64,000 bases of DNA from Yuukianura sp. NJ FZ-2021 (lineage: Eukaryota), in the NCBI GenBank assembly GCA_046563655.1, contig CM102289.1, forward strand, positions 7,130,001 through 7,194,000, read 5' to 3'. Below the pieces are notes generated by a model. The model was given only the letters and a program-made list of their open reading frames with translations. It made no database searches and was not told the DNA's origin. This document shows positions 1 through 9,591 of this stretch, one piece after another. Position 1 is the first letter of the stretch, and each line of letters starts with the position of its first letter. Both the position numbers and the translations under genes were made by a program.

Positions 1-1532
1 CCGGAAGACAAAGAGAATTTTTCACTTCTTTGTGCCGAAATGAGAGCAGAATTTGACAAATACGGATTTCTGCTCACGTCGGCTGTGTCCGCTGGACAGT
101 ACACTATTGAAGAAGCATGTAATTTATATATAAATCTAAAATTCAAATTTTTTTAAGAAACCTGAAAATATTTTTTAATTCTGAACAGATGATATTCCAA
201 GTATTGCCGAGTAAGTTTTTATTCCGGAACTGAAATGATTATAAACATATACTGAAATAAACTCAAAATTTCACTAATGCATAAAAACCTAAAAATTTTA
301 GGAGCCTGCACTTTATCAATGTGATGGCTTATGATTTCCGTGGTGCTTGGGAACATCATCCATATACTGGTAGGTGAATCTCAAAAATTCAAATTGTACA
401 TCAAATTTTGAGCACTATTTGATGCATTAGGTCATCATGCTGCCTTCCAGGCAATGGAAATCGACGTCGGAAATGATTCTCTGCTGAATGTCGTGCGTAA
501 AACACTTCGATTTTTGAAAAATATGATTTGATATTTTAAAATATACATCAAATATTCTTTTAATTGATTTTATTTGTAATTCCAGAAACACGGAATGGAA
601 TTTTGGCGAGACAATGGTGCGCCAGCGCACAAATTGATCATGGGTTTGCCGACCTACGGACGTGGATGGGTTCTTCAGGATTCAACCAACACTGGCTTCT
701 ACTCACCGTCCACTCAGGGAATTCCTGCAGGTCCATACACTCGTGAGGTAAACAAATGAATAATTCTTAGCGATTATCTAGCCATTTTGAAGAAAATCGC
801 AATTCAAATTTTGTTTTTGTTTTTTAAAGAAAGGATTCTGGGGATACAACGAAATTTGCGAGGAATTGAACAAGGGTGGTTGGACTTCGGAGTGGAATGA
901 AGACGTAGTTGGTCCATATTCGTACAAAGACAATCTGTGGATTGGCTATGACGATGAAAACGCAATTGCATTCAAGTCTCAATGGGTAGCTGAAAATGGT
1001 TTTGGTGGAGCCATGTTCTGGTCACTGGAAACTGACGACTTTAAAGGAAAATGCGGCGAAACGAGTGCACTCATCAAAACTGCTTACAGAACACTCAATG
1101 GTGAAATTGAACCAGAACCAACAACTACCGTAGATCCAGATATCACCGTAAGCTCAAACTGAAAGGAAGCAATTTTGAATGTTTTTCGAAATTTAACAAA
1201 AAAATCTCTGTGTTTTTTTGAAAAGACGGTCCCAACAACTGAGCCTCCACCAACATCTCCTCCACCTGACGATGGAAATTGTTACTATAATGGACAACAC
1301 ATTGCAGATACATGTGATTCCGTCTTCTATGTTTGCGTTTGGCGAGGAGAATACTATGACCTAGTGGCATATAATTGCGAACATCCCTTGTACTATGACG
1401 AAGCAATTCAAAATTGGTAAAAATTTTAACAAAAACAAAATGCTACGTCTAAACTTCAAACCTCTTATCCTAATTTGTATTGTATTGCTTTGGTTTTTCA
1501 GCAACTGGGGAGATATCATTGGATGCTTCTAA
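1..1532 (+). CDS. GH18 chitinase, 3' part (catalytic domain, Pro/Thr linker, C-terminal CBM14 chitin-binding domain); multi-exon, 5' end outside the window
   Basis: Spliced reading gives PEDKENFSLLCAEMRAEFDKYGFLLTSAVSAG, FINVMAYDFRGAW, GAPAHKLIMGLPTYGRGW, GPYTRE, WIGYDDENAIAFKSQW and GGAMFWSLETDDFKGKCG. A PTTEPPPTSPPP linker and a 6-Cys domain follow, ending CNWGDIIGCF* (TAA 1530-1532). Introns are GT-AG, about 60-90 nt. Confidence 0.93.
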
Positions 1533-1821
1533 TCGTCGATCCCACTTAAAAGCTCTGTCGTTACCGTCGTATCATGGTTATCATTGATTCATCTTGTTCA
1601 AGAAATTTTTTAATTATGCAAATTATCGTCCAAACGGGTAACTTCGGTTTCAATTTCTAGCTGCGAGTTATGTAGACTCCTACCGCGCATGCGCAAACTA
1701 CTGTGTTAATGTAGTAAAAACTGATATTACATTTGTTCATGTCTCCAATTAAATTTTATTTGTCGAAACAAATTTTGAAATCCAATTAGCATCAATTATT
1801 ACTGCAGCATTTTGAAAATGC

Positions 1822-2800
1822 TTAAGACCATGCTGAACAGGCTCCATCACTGTCTGGTGGGCTTGCAATGTTGAGGCATTGAAGAACCTGCTTGTAGTGG
1901 TTGAATCTAAGAATTCTGTTCTCTCCATGAGAACCACCGTCACACTCCAGTGCTCCGTTGATTGCTTTCAGTGTTTTTCCAAAAGTGGAAGACACTGCAT
2001 GAACATTGTTTTTCCAAAAGCATGCAGCAGTTGCCCATCCAATCTCTGGATTATCTCCGACTTGGTCTGGGTTTTGAATTAGGCGGTTGTCTCCATAGAG
2101 ATACTGAGAGCAGGCGGCGTAGTTGTAGTCCCATGTCAACTGCAACATTCCTCGTCCGTAGTACACCTTTCCTGGAAGACCACCTTGGTTATTTGGATAA
2201 GCAGCAAGACATGCAGCCATGTTGTTTTGGCAGTATACTTCCTTGGTGTACTGGAATCCAACGGTTTCCCAAACAGCATGAGCTAGAAACTTGGCAGCTT
2301 CGTTTTTGTCAGTAATTCCAGCCTTGGGCAAAGAAGCCAGAAATCCTGCATAGTAAGATGCATCTGGATTTCCGCCTTTGGTTTTTGCGGCGCATTGAAA
2401 TTCAGCGGACGAAATCATTCCTAAATTGAGAAATAAAAGTTAGAAGAATTTTAGAATTTTTTGGCAAATTGCAATTTTTATTTTAAAGAGTTTTGCTCAT
2501 GCCTGTGCCTGGCTTTGGTGGAGCTGCGGTTGATGTAGGTCCAGTTGGAGTTGGAGCCTTAGTTGTAGGTGCGGGGGAGCCACCTCCTGGAGTACATCCC
2601 GAACTAGCAGGCCAGTCGCAGTAGTTGGCAGCAGCATTCCAGTACAGGCCGGATGGACATGATCGTTGGATGTAGTTGCCTGCAGAACATTCTAAATACG
2701 TTGCGCAGTCTTTAGGATTTGGTGCAAACCCGCCCGAACATTTCTGTCCAAAAGCGTTCCCGAAAGCTAAAAATAGACTGACAACGGCTAAGAAGTACAT
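1822..2800 (-). CDS. Secreted GH19 chitinase with N-terminal CBM14 (peritrophin-A) domain; exons 2800-2503 and 2420-1822
   Basis: Signal peptide MYFLAVVSLFLAFGNAFG, then CBM14 (C..PNPKDCATYLEC..RSCPSGLYWNAAANYCDWPASSGC) and a P/T linker. GH19 motifs follow: FLAHAVWETVGFQYTKE, YYGRGMLQLTWDYNY, L-x-x-NPDQV, ACFW, FGKTLKAINGALECDG. Confidence 0.9.
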
Positions 2801-2866
2801 TTTCAGAAATTGTTGCGCAACTTTTTTGGTTTTTTTTAATGAAGCCATATCCTGGTGGGATCGGGG

Positions 2867-2873
2867 TTATATA
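2867..2873 (-). promoter_or_regulatory. Putative TATA box of the GH19 chitinase gene
   Basis: TATATAA on the minus strand about 70 nt upstream of the ATG at 2800. Confidence 0.4.
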
Positions 2874-3615
2874 GGAATGAAATTCGTCTCCAGCAGACTT
2901 TTTTCTTTTGTTAAATTGAATAAATGAATTTTCAAATGAACATGCTTAATCAAATTCTACCGAAACACAATACTTTTAACTAAGCGGTTTAGCCAAACGC
3001 TATAAAACCACTGCAGAAGGTGTGTTTTTCTGTTTTCAAGTTGTCAATAAATTTCATAATATGTCATTTCAATAATTTAATCACCACACCTTAAAGTGGC
3101 ACTTTGTTATTTCGGGATAGTAGCGTCAACAAATTTTTTTAAAAATTTTGATTTATTTAAAACGTGGGTGTTCGTGCAAAACATGACGCAACTGAACGTC
3201 ATGTCAGGTGGAATTCATGCCTGTTAAGTCGTCGGATGGAGCTTCTGACGGCAATATTTCAGTCAGAATTTTGAAGTTGTACAACCATTAAGTTCTGAGA
3301 TTTAAAAACTTTAGAATTTAAAGAATTTAGGCTTTACTGACTGAATGTTTACGAAAAGACACGCAAATAGCTTTATTTTGCCATAAATAGTTAACTAGCA
3401 ACTGTTTGAATTTATGCCAGAAGCTTGTCTCCGTAGGTGAAATCCTCGTAATAGGCCTTAAATTAAAATTAACACAAATCCAAATGTGAATCCATATACT
3501 TAAGCTAGCATGCAATATATCCCTGGTAACGTTACAAAGTGAAGGTTCTACGCTTCACTTAATTATTAATTAATATAATTGAATAGTTAATTATAGACTC
3601 AATTAATAAATTGAT

Positions 3616-5700
3616 TTAAATTAGTAACGTAGTAAATACCTTCGCTCTAACAATAGAGAATGCATGTTCAAACGCCAGAATCAAAATACTGCTTAATATT
3701 CCTACTGCAAAAAAAATTAGAGTACATGCAACAAGATTGGATTTTAGGGTCAGCGGTTCCTTAATGTGTTCCTCTGCTTCAAGTTTTGTGGGTGGATATT
3801 CAAGTTTTGAATAAATTCCAGAATGTATAATTGATTGCACTTTACGAAAGAGCCATGGATACAATTCTACAGGAACACTGACAAATCGAAGTGTCATGAA
3901 AGTCGGAAACAGAGCGTCATCCCCTGCATAAACTTTCTTTTCCTGCAACACTTTTCTGTTTACTTTCTGAAATTCTGCTAACTTTTCAAGTCCATCTGGG
4001 TAAAGGGTGTTGTTGCACTGTAGCAAGTGATCTAATGTCGAATAATTTGCCGTGATGTTGTAATAGGTTTGGTTGCGAAGTCTTTCGTAGGTGAAAAAAT
4101 GTGGGTGTTTTAATTCATGTCTATGAATTCTTAAGAGAAAGTTAAAAAAATAACTTGCCTGTGATAAATAAAACAACATAATGGTCCAATATTCATCTTC
4201 AGTAACTTTATCCAAATCAATATAATTGTTAGCTTGCAACCTGTGCTTCACCGCGGCTTCTTCATAGGCCTTCTTTACAGCATAAGGAGAGACAATTCGC
4301 AGGAGAATTGTGTATCCTTGTCGTATCGCATCTTCAAGTTTGGATAATTTGGTTTTTGGAAATGGTAATGTATTTGCAGCGGCTAGAGAAGATCTGTATG
4401 CATTTGTTATAACTAAAGCGGTAAAAAGCAGTAAGGCTATGATCATACGAATGTTCCCACCTGTGCCAAATTTGCGTAATTTCCGCAAAATTTTGGCGTC
4501 TTGTTCAACAAATAATTTAAAAACAAATGAAGCCGCCACTCCCAATGGAACAATGTTGCCCACTTTAAACGCAAATGCCAAATACAAAGTAACGGAAAGC
4601 ATGCACAAAATAGTGGAAACCCAGACAACTGGCTGAAACTGTTTGAAGTAAACGTTAAAATATATGAATCGCTGTTGTCCGTCACACGTCAGAAAATTGA
4701 ATCGTAACGTAGAAACAACAAACAAACTTATGCCTCTCTCTCCCATTGTGAAAGTGAATGGTGACAAATCACTCAGATACACCCGGTATGCATACATCCC
4801 ATGATTTTTGTTAATTGTTAGCTTGAAGGTTACTTCCGATCTCAGTGTTTGGTTCAAATGAGGCCGCTCATTGACCAATAAGTTCACAACGGGCGGAATC
4901 ACAGAGGATTCCGCTGGTTCCAGTACAAGACTAGCTCCAATACGAGATAAAACTTTCTCAACCTTTGGAAATTTATCACGCTGTGTAGTCAAATGCATGT
5001 TACCAACTTCACTTGCAGATTGAACGATGACCCAGGTTACTGAGCATGTAAAGTAAACTGCACTGTGTCCAAGCAAGTCAAGTAGCGGTCTGCCAATATT
5101 AGTATATTGCACATTCACTAAAGCCTTGGCTTCAACTTCGCACCCATGCGAGCACAAAGAGGCTACCCATATTGACGCACTTCCTGTCAAACGATACTGA
5201 TATCGACAAACAGAATTAGCTAAGAGAGGAAACATAGTATGCAATTTGAACCCTGTTTGTATAACTATTGTATACGTATTAAGTTCTGTTTTATACCAAC
5301 GATCGCTGTATGGACAAATGGTTGATTCTATCAATCCCATCTCAAGTGCGTCAACTTCAATCGTTGACGCTGGATTTAAAATAAGTAATGCATAACAGGT
5401 TTGGTGAGTCAAACGTCTCTTGATCCTAATAGGGAACGACATGTTAGCAGCATATTCTCTGAGAGTTATCCATTCTTGATTTGTGGTAAAGTTTTGATTG
5501 GTGGATTGTATACTGTACCGCATCCAAGGTGTAAGTGGGCTGAAAACATTGGCATCATCGGTTTGGTTGAAGTCGACCAATACCACGTAGCAATTTGAAA
5601 AGCTGTTAGTTAAAGAGGTAAAAAATTGTTGCACTGGGAATGCCGGAATTGCCTTTATATTCGCCATTAAACTCAAAACCGATACAACTGTATGCGCCAT
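3616..5700 (-). CDS. Intronless divergent ionotropic receptor (variant iGluR)-like membrane protein, 694 aa
   Basis: Single ORF with an N-terminal hydrophobic leader and FNFLTCDG. The topology is M1 (FQPVVWVSTIL), a pore segment (LFVEQ), M3 (LVITNAYRSSL), an S2 lobe ending IHSGIYSK, and a C-terminal M4 helix, as in variant iGluRs. Confidence 0.75.
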   Translation of the reverse strand: MAHTVVSVLSLMANIKAIPAFPVQQFFTSLTNSFSNCYVVLVDFNQTDDANVFSPLTPWMRYSIQSTNQNFTTNQEWITLREYAANMSFPIRIKRRLTHQTCYALLILNPASTIEVDALEMGLIESTICPYSDRWYKTELNTYTIVIQTGFKLHTMFPLLANSVCRYQYRLTGSASIWVASLCSHGCEVEAKALVNVQYTNIGRPLLDLLGHSAVYFTCSVTWVIVQSASEVGNMHLTTQRDKFPKVEKVLSRIGASLVLEPAESSVIPPVVNLLVNERPHLNQTLRSEVTFKLTINKNHGMYAYRVYLSDLSPFTFTMGERGISLFVVSTLRFNFLTCDGQQRFIYFNVYFKQFQPVVWVSTILCMLSVTLYLAFAFKVGNIVPLGVAASFVFKLFVEQDAKILRKLRKFGTGGNIRMIIALLLFTALVITNAYRSSLAAANTLPFPKTKLSKLEDAIRQGYTILLRIVSPYAVKKAYEEAAVKHRLQANNYIDLDKVTEDEYWTIMLFYLSQASYFFNFLLRIHRHELKHPHFFTYERLRNQTYYNITANYSTLDHLLQCNNTLYPDGLEKLAEFQKVNRKVLQEKKVYAGDDALFPTFMTLRFVSVPVELYPWLFRKVQSIIHSGIYSKLEYPPTKLEAEEHIKEPLTLKSNLVACTLIFFAVGILSSILILAFEHAFSIVRAKVFTTLLI

Positions 5701-6389
5701 GGATAAGTGTCAACTTGTTAACTTGCAACCTTAGGATGGTGATTCCGAAAATACGCTGCTACATTTGAATATGATTGATCACTTACTTGAATAGCAGTAT
5801 TTGTATCTACAGAAAACGGCTATCTTCCGCTAATCACCCTGCAAACGTTGCACAATATAATTACATCCTCAGTACGATTTAGATCCAATCTTCCAACAAA
5901 CGATTCTTCGAGTTTTTAAACAATCGCAAAAGGACGCCAACCAGGTCGGATAGTTCGCTTGTCCAACTAGCATATTTAATCGTTACTTGTGCGGCACGAG
6001 TAACTATTACATTTGTTTTCAGGACAAGTTGTGTGAAATTCGAAGAGTTTTGAAGAATTAATGGCTGCGGAATTTGAAAACTTTTTGAATTTTTAAGCGT
6101 GTCATATTTGCATTTTCTACACCGTTCCCGTACTACTTCAACAACTAACTTATCTAAACGTCGGAAACTCCAACCTTTATCGTGCTATTTATTGCAGAAA
6201 AACAACCGCTTTTGAAAAATTAATAAGCAGAAATTCTAAGAAGTTCTTACAAATTGCATATTCGTACAGTGGCACACTGTGAAGAAAGTTTACCGGGTTT
6301 ATTCCTACTGTATAGTTAGTTACCAATTTTATTTACACAAAACTCATTTAACTTATTTTATATAATTAAATTAGTACACAAAATTCAAG

Positions 6390-6691
6390 TCTACTTACAT
6401 GATAAATTTAATCTAAAGCATACATTAATTAAGTAGTAAAAGCTACTGTCTGTCTGTATGTCTGTCTGCATGCGTACCAGGTCATAAGAGCTGAACCAAA
6501 AAGACCTAATCCAATAAGAGCTAAAAAAAATAAGGGCTAATTCAATAAGACCTACTCCAATAAGAGCTAAAAAAAAGAGAGCTACTTTCAGAAAGGGCTC
6601 ATTTCAAAAACACGTTATCAAAAACGAAAAATTGAAACCAGCCAAACTTTTTGGAAAACTTGAATGCGTTTAATAGTCGAAGCACATCTAG
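6390..6691. repeat. Short repeat element with a (CTGT)n microsatellite and about 15-bp tandem units; possible non-autonomous Helitron-like element
   Basis: ctgtctgtctgtatgtctgtctg at about 6446-6469. Degenerate units follow (aagagctgaacc / aagacctaatccaat / aagagctaaaaaaaat / aagggctaattcaat / aagacctactccaat / aagagctaaaa). Candidate termini are TC (6390) and CTAG (6688-6691). Confidence 0.4.
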
Positions 6692-6726
6692 ATCAAAATT
6701 TCTGAAGAAGAATTAAATTTGCCATA

Positions 6727-8844
6727 TTAACTCAACGTAGTAGTCGATGTTCCCATAGATCTGAAAATGGAAATAGCATGTTCAAGTCCCAGAATGCCAA
6801 ATCCGCACAGCATTCCGATTAAAAGAAAAATGAAAATGCTTGCAACAAGGTTAGATTTTATGGTCAAAGGTTCTTTTGGATGTTTTGGTTCTTCAATTTT
6901 TGTCGGTGGATACTCAAGTTTCGCAAAGATTCCAGAATGAATAGCCGATTGTACTCTTGTGAACAACCAAACCTTCAATTCTTCCGGTACATGAGCAAAC
7001 CTTATCGCAACGAAAGTAGTAAACAAAGCGTCAATTCCAGCATAAACTTTCTTTTTCTGCAAAACATCCCTGTTTACTGTATAAAATTTTGCCAATTGCT
7101 TGTGTCCATCTGGGTATAAAGTTTTGTTGCACTCTAACAAATGTTCTAGAGTTGAGTAATTTGCTGTTATGTTGTAGTACGTAAGTTTTTCAATTACGGC
7201 GAAAGTGATGGCGACTGTATGGTTGAGTTTGTAGTACATTAACGCATGTAGTCGTCTAAACAAGTAGTTGGCCTGATTGTAGTAATAATAAAGTGACTCC
7301 CAGTATTCATTATGAATTCTCCAGTCAAAATAAGTTATGTTTTCCATTCCATGTTCAATTGCATTTTTTTCATGAAGGACTTTAGTAGCATAGGGGGCTA
7401 CCATTCGCACCAAAATTGTATAATTTTGGATAATTGCTTCACTCATAGTCGTAAGTCGAATTTTGGGGAGCGGTAAAGTGCTTTGTAATGTTATCGAGGA
7501 TCTATAGGCGTTTGTGATAATCAGAGCAACAAATAGTATCAAAGCCACCATGAGTCGCAAAGTTCGAACTTTTCCAAATCTTTTCAACTTTCTTGCAATT
7601 TCTCCATCTTGTTCAATGAACAATTTAAGTACAAACGATGCTGCCCGCCCTAATGCTCCGACAGAAAATTTGTCTGGTTCAGAATTAAAAGCAAGAGTAA
7701 AATAAAGCATCAGTGCAATTATAGTAAGAATTGTGGCGGTCCAAACAAGTGGTTGAAAGTATTTAAAGTAAATGTAAAACGACATAAATTCATGTTGTCC
7801 ATCACATGTCAAAAAATTGAATTCCAACGTGGTCACTACAAAATAGTCGTTTAAATTTCTTTCCTTGTCATATGCTCTGGGAATCATGTCATCTATGTAT
7901 ACCTGCACCATGTATCCTCCATATCGACTAACAAATATAGAAACAGGTACTTTGGAGGGTTCTGACCGATTTGATATAAGTGGCTCAGCGACTATGATGT
8001 TCAAAACTGATGGAATTAGTGATATCTCTACTGGTACTCTTTTGGTAAATTTTTTTCTACCAACAATGGAAACTTTGGTGGCCGTCAACTTTTTATCGTA
8101 ATTTATCGTCACTATGAGGTCCTCCGCTTCACTGACTCGTCTGCGTACGTACCAATTGGACGAACATGTATAGAACGCAACAACGTATCCAAGAAAATCC
8201 AAAAGTTGTCTGCCGAAACTAATGTTGCGACGTGAATCTACAATGGCTCTTGCATAACTGCCGTTGCCATATGCACATAAGGCAGTGGCATACAGTACAT
8301 CGCTGCCGTCCAAATCGTACTGGTAGCGACAAGGCGTGCGCCATTTTGGGTTGATAAATGGTTTTGAATGTAAATTTAAGTTGTTTGTTCGGACCATTAT
8401 TATATAAAAACTTGGCTCTGTTCGATACCAAACGTTGTCGGCTAACAAATAGTGTCGGTATACCAATGCCTGTTCAATTTGACTCACTTCGGCGTTGACT
8501 CCTGGGTTCAGAATGACAAGAGAAATGCAGCTCTGGTGAGTCAGATTTCGGTTGAACCTAATGGTGTAACACTGTCCCATGACATAGTTTGCGTAGCTGA
8601 GCATAACGTTCTCGTTTGAAGTAAAATGCTTGATGGAGAGAAGGCTGTAGCGCATCCAAGGCGTTGATGGGCTGAATACGTCTTCCCGCGTACGATCGAA
8701 TTCGAACACGACAATGTTGCAAGTATCAAAACTGTCAGTTAGACCAGTGAAAAATTGTTGCAACTTTAATGCCACCGGAAACACAGTAATTCTGCTGGTT
8801 AGTATAGCCAACAAAGTTAAAGTTAAGAATAGTTTATGCGGCAT
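6727..8844 (-). CDS. Intronless divergent ionotropic receptor-like protein, 705 aa; tandem paralog of 3616-5700
   Basis: Shares VFSPxTPWMRYS, CRYQY, FNFLTCDG, FQP(L/V)VW, ITNAYRSS, YYNITANYSTL, LYPDG, IHSGI and LEYPPTK with the neighbouring ORF. Confidence 0.75.
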   Translation of the reverse strand: MPHKLFLTLTLLAILTSRITVFPVALKLQQFFTGLTDSFDTCNIVVFEFDRTREDVFSPSTPWMRYSLLSIKHFTSNENVMLSYANYVMGQCYTIRFNRNLTHQSCISLVILNPGVNAEVSQIEQALVYRHYLLADNVWYRTEPSFYIIMVRTNNLNLHSKPFINPKWRTPCRYQYDLDGSDVLYATALCAYGNGSYARAIVDSRRNISFGRQLLDFLGYVVAFYTCSSNWYVRRRVSEAEDLIVTINYDKKLTATKVSIVGRKKFTKRVPVEISLIPSVLNIIVAEPLISNRSEPSKVPVSIFVSRYGGYMVQVYIDDMIPRAYDKERNLNDYFVVTTLEFNFLTCDGQHEFMSFYIYFKYFQPLVWTATILTIIALMLYFTLAFNSEPDKFSVGALGRAASFVLKLFIEQDGEIARKLKRFGKVRTLRLMVALILFVALIITNAYRSSITLQSTLPLPKIRLTTMSEAIIQNYTILVRMVAPYATKVLHEKNAIEHGMENITYFDWRIHNEYWESLYYYYNQANYLFRRLHALMYYKLNHTVAITFAVIEKLTYYNITANYSTLEHLLECNKTLYPDGHKQLAKFYTVNRDVLQKKKVYAGIDALFTTFVAIRFAHVPEELKVWLFTRVQSAIHSGIFAKLEYPPTKIEEPKHPKEPLTIKSNLVASIFIFLLIGMLCGFGILGLEHAISIFRSMGTSTTTLS

Positions 8845-9591
8845 CGCAAAAGTTTATATTATTTTAACTCTGTTTTCAGAAAAAGTTCCAGATACTAGCT
8901 CTGTAAAACAAAGAATTTCATTTAAGTATGCCTAACGTTTATTTTTGGTAATAGCATTTTGGTATCTAAAACAAAAGTTTTGCAAAGATTCAAAAAAGAT
9001 AAGGAAAGAAATTGTATTTTCAAAACTGCAGGTTTGTTGACTTCAGTTTCTGATGACATATTTAGGCTGGTGTTTCTAAGATCGCAAAAGATTTTTCAGC
9101 ACCAACATTTTTCCCTTGAACTTCGCGAAAACTGTCTTAGACATACACTCTTTTGAATACAAAATTTGAACATGACATTCCGTTGGAAATTTTAAATCCC
9201 AAAAGGCGCGTTTAGATATGCATATGCTTTAAGCTGAATTTGGAAAACCAAAACGTTCAAAAACAAACGAAAACGTTCTTTTTCATATTTGTTTGAAGTA
9301 AAGTGAAAATTTGAATCTGTTTTGCGTCTAACGCACTTAGAGAGGTTGTCGGTAACATGAAACAAGAGTTCCTATTTAAGTATAGTCCTCGTAAGGTTTT
9401 TAAATTTACTTACCGAAATCTTCAATTTAACTTTAACCATTATCAAAACTATAAAAACCAAATTATCAAATCAGAGTTATTGACGAAGAGAAACCCCTAT
9501 TGTTAGGAATACAAAAACATTTAAGCGTTCTTATTGTTGTTAGCAACTGGCTTCATTTCGCTCGATTCAGTTCATAAAGTTCGTTTTTGCA

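Noticed and set aside
6485..6610. Periodic repeats that could suggest a CRISPR array
   Set aside because: The units are about 15 bp, degenerate and directly tandem with no unique spacers, and the context is eukaryotic with no cas genes.
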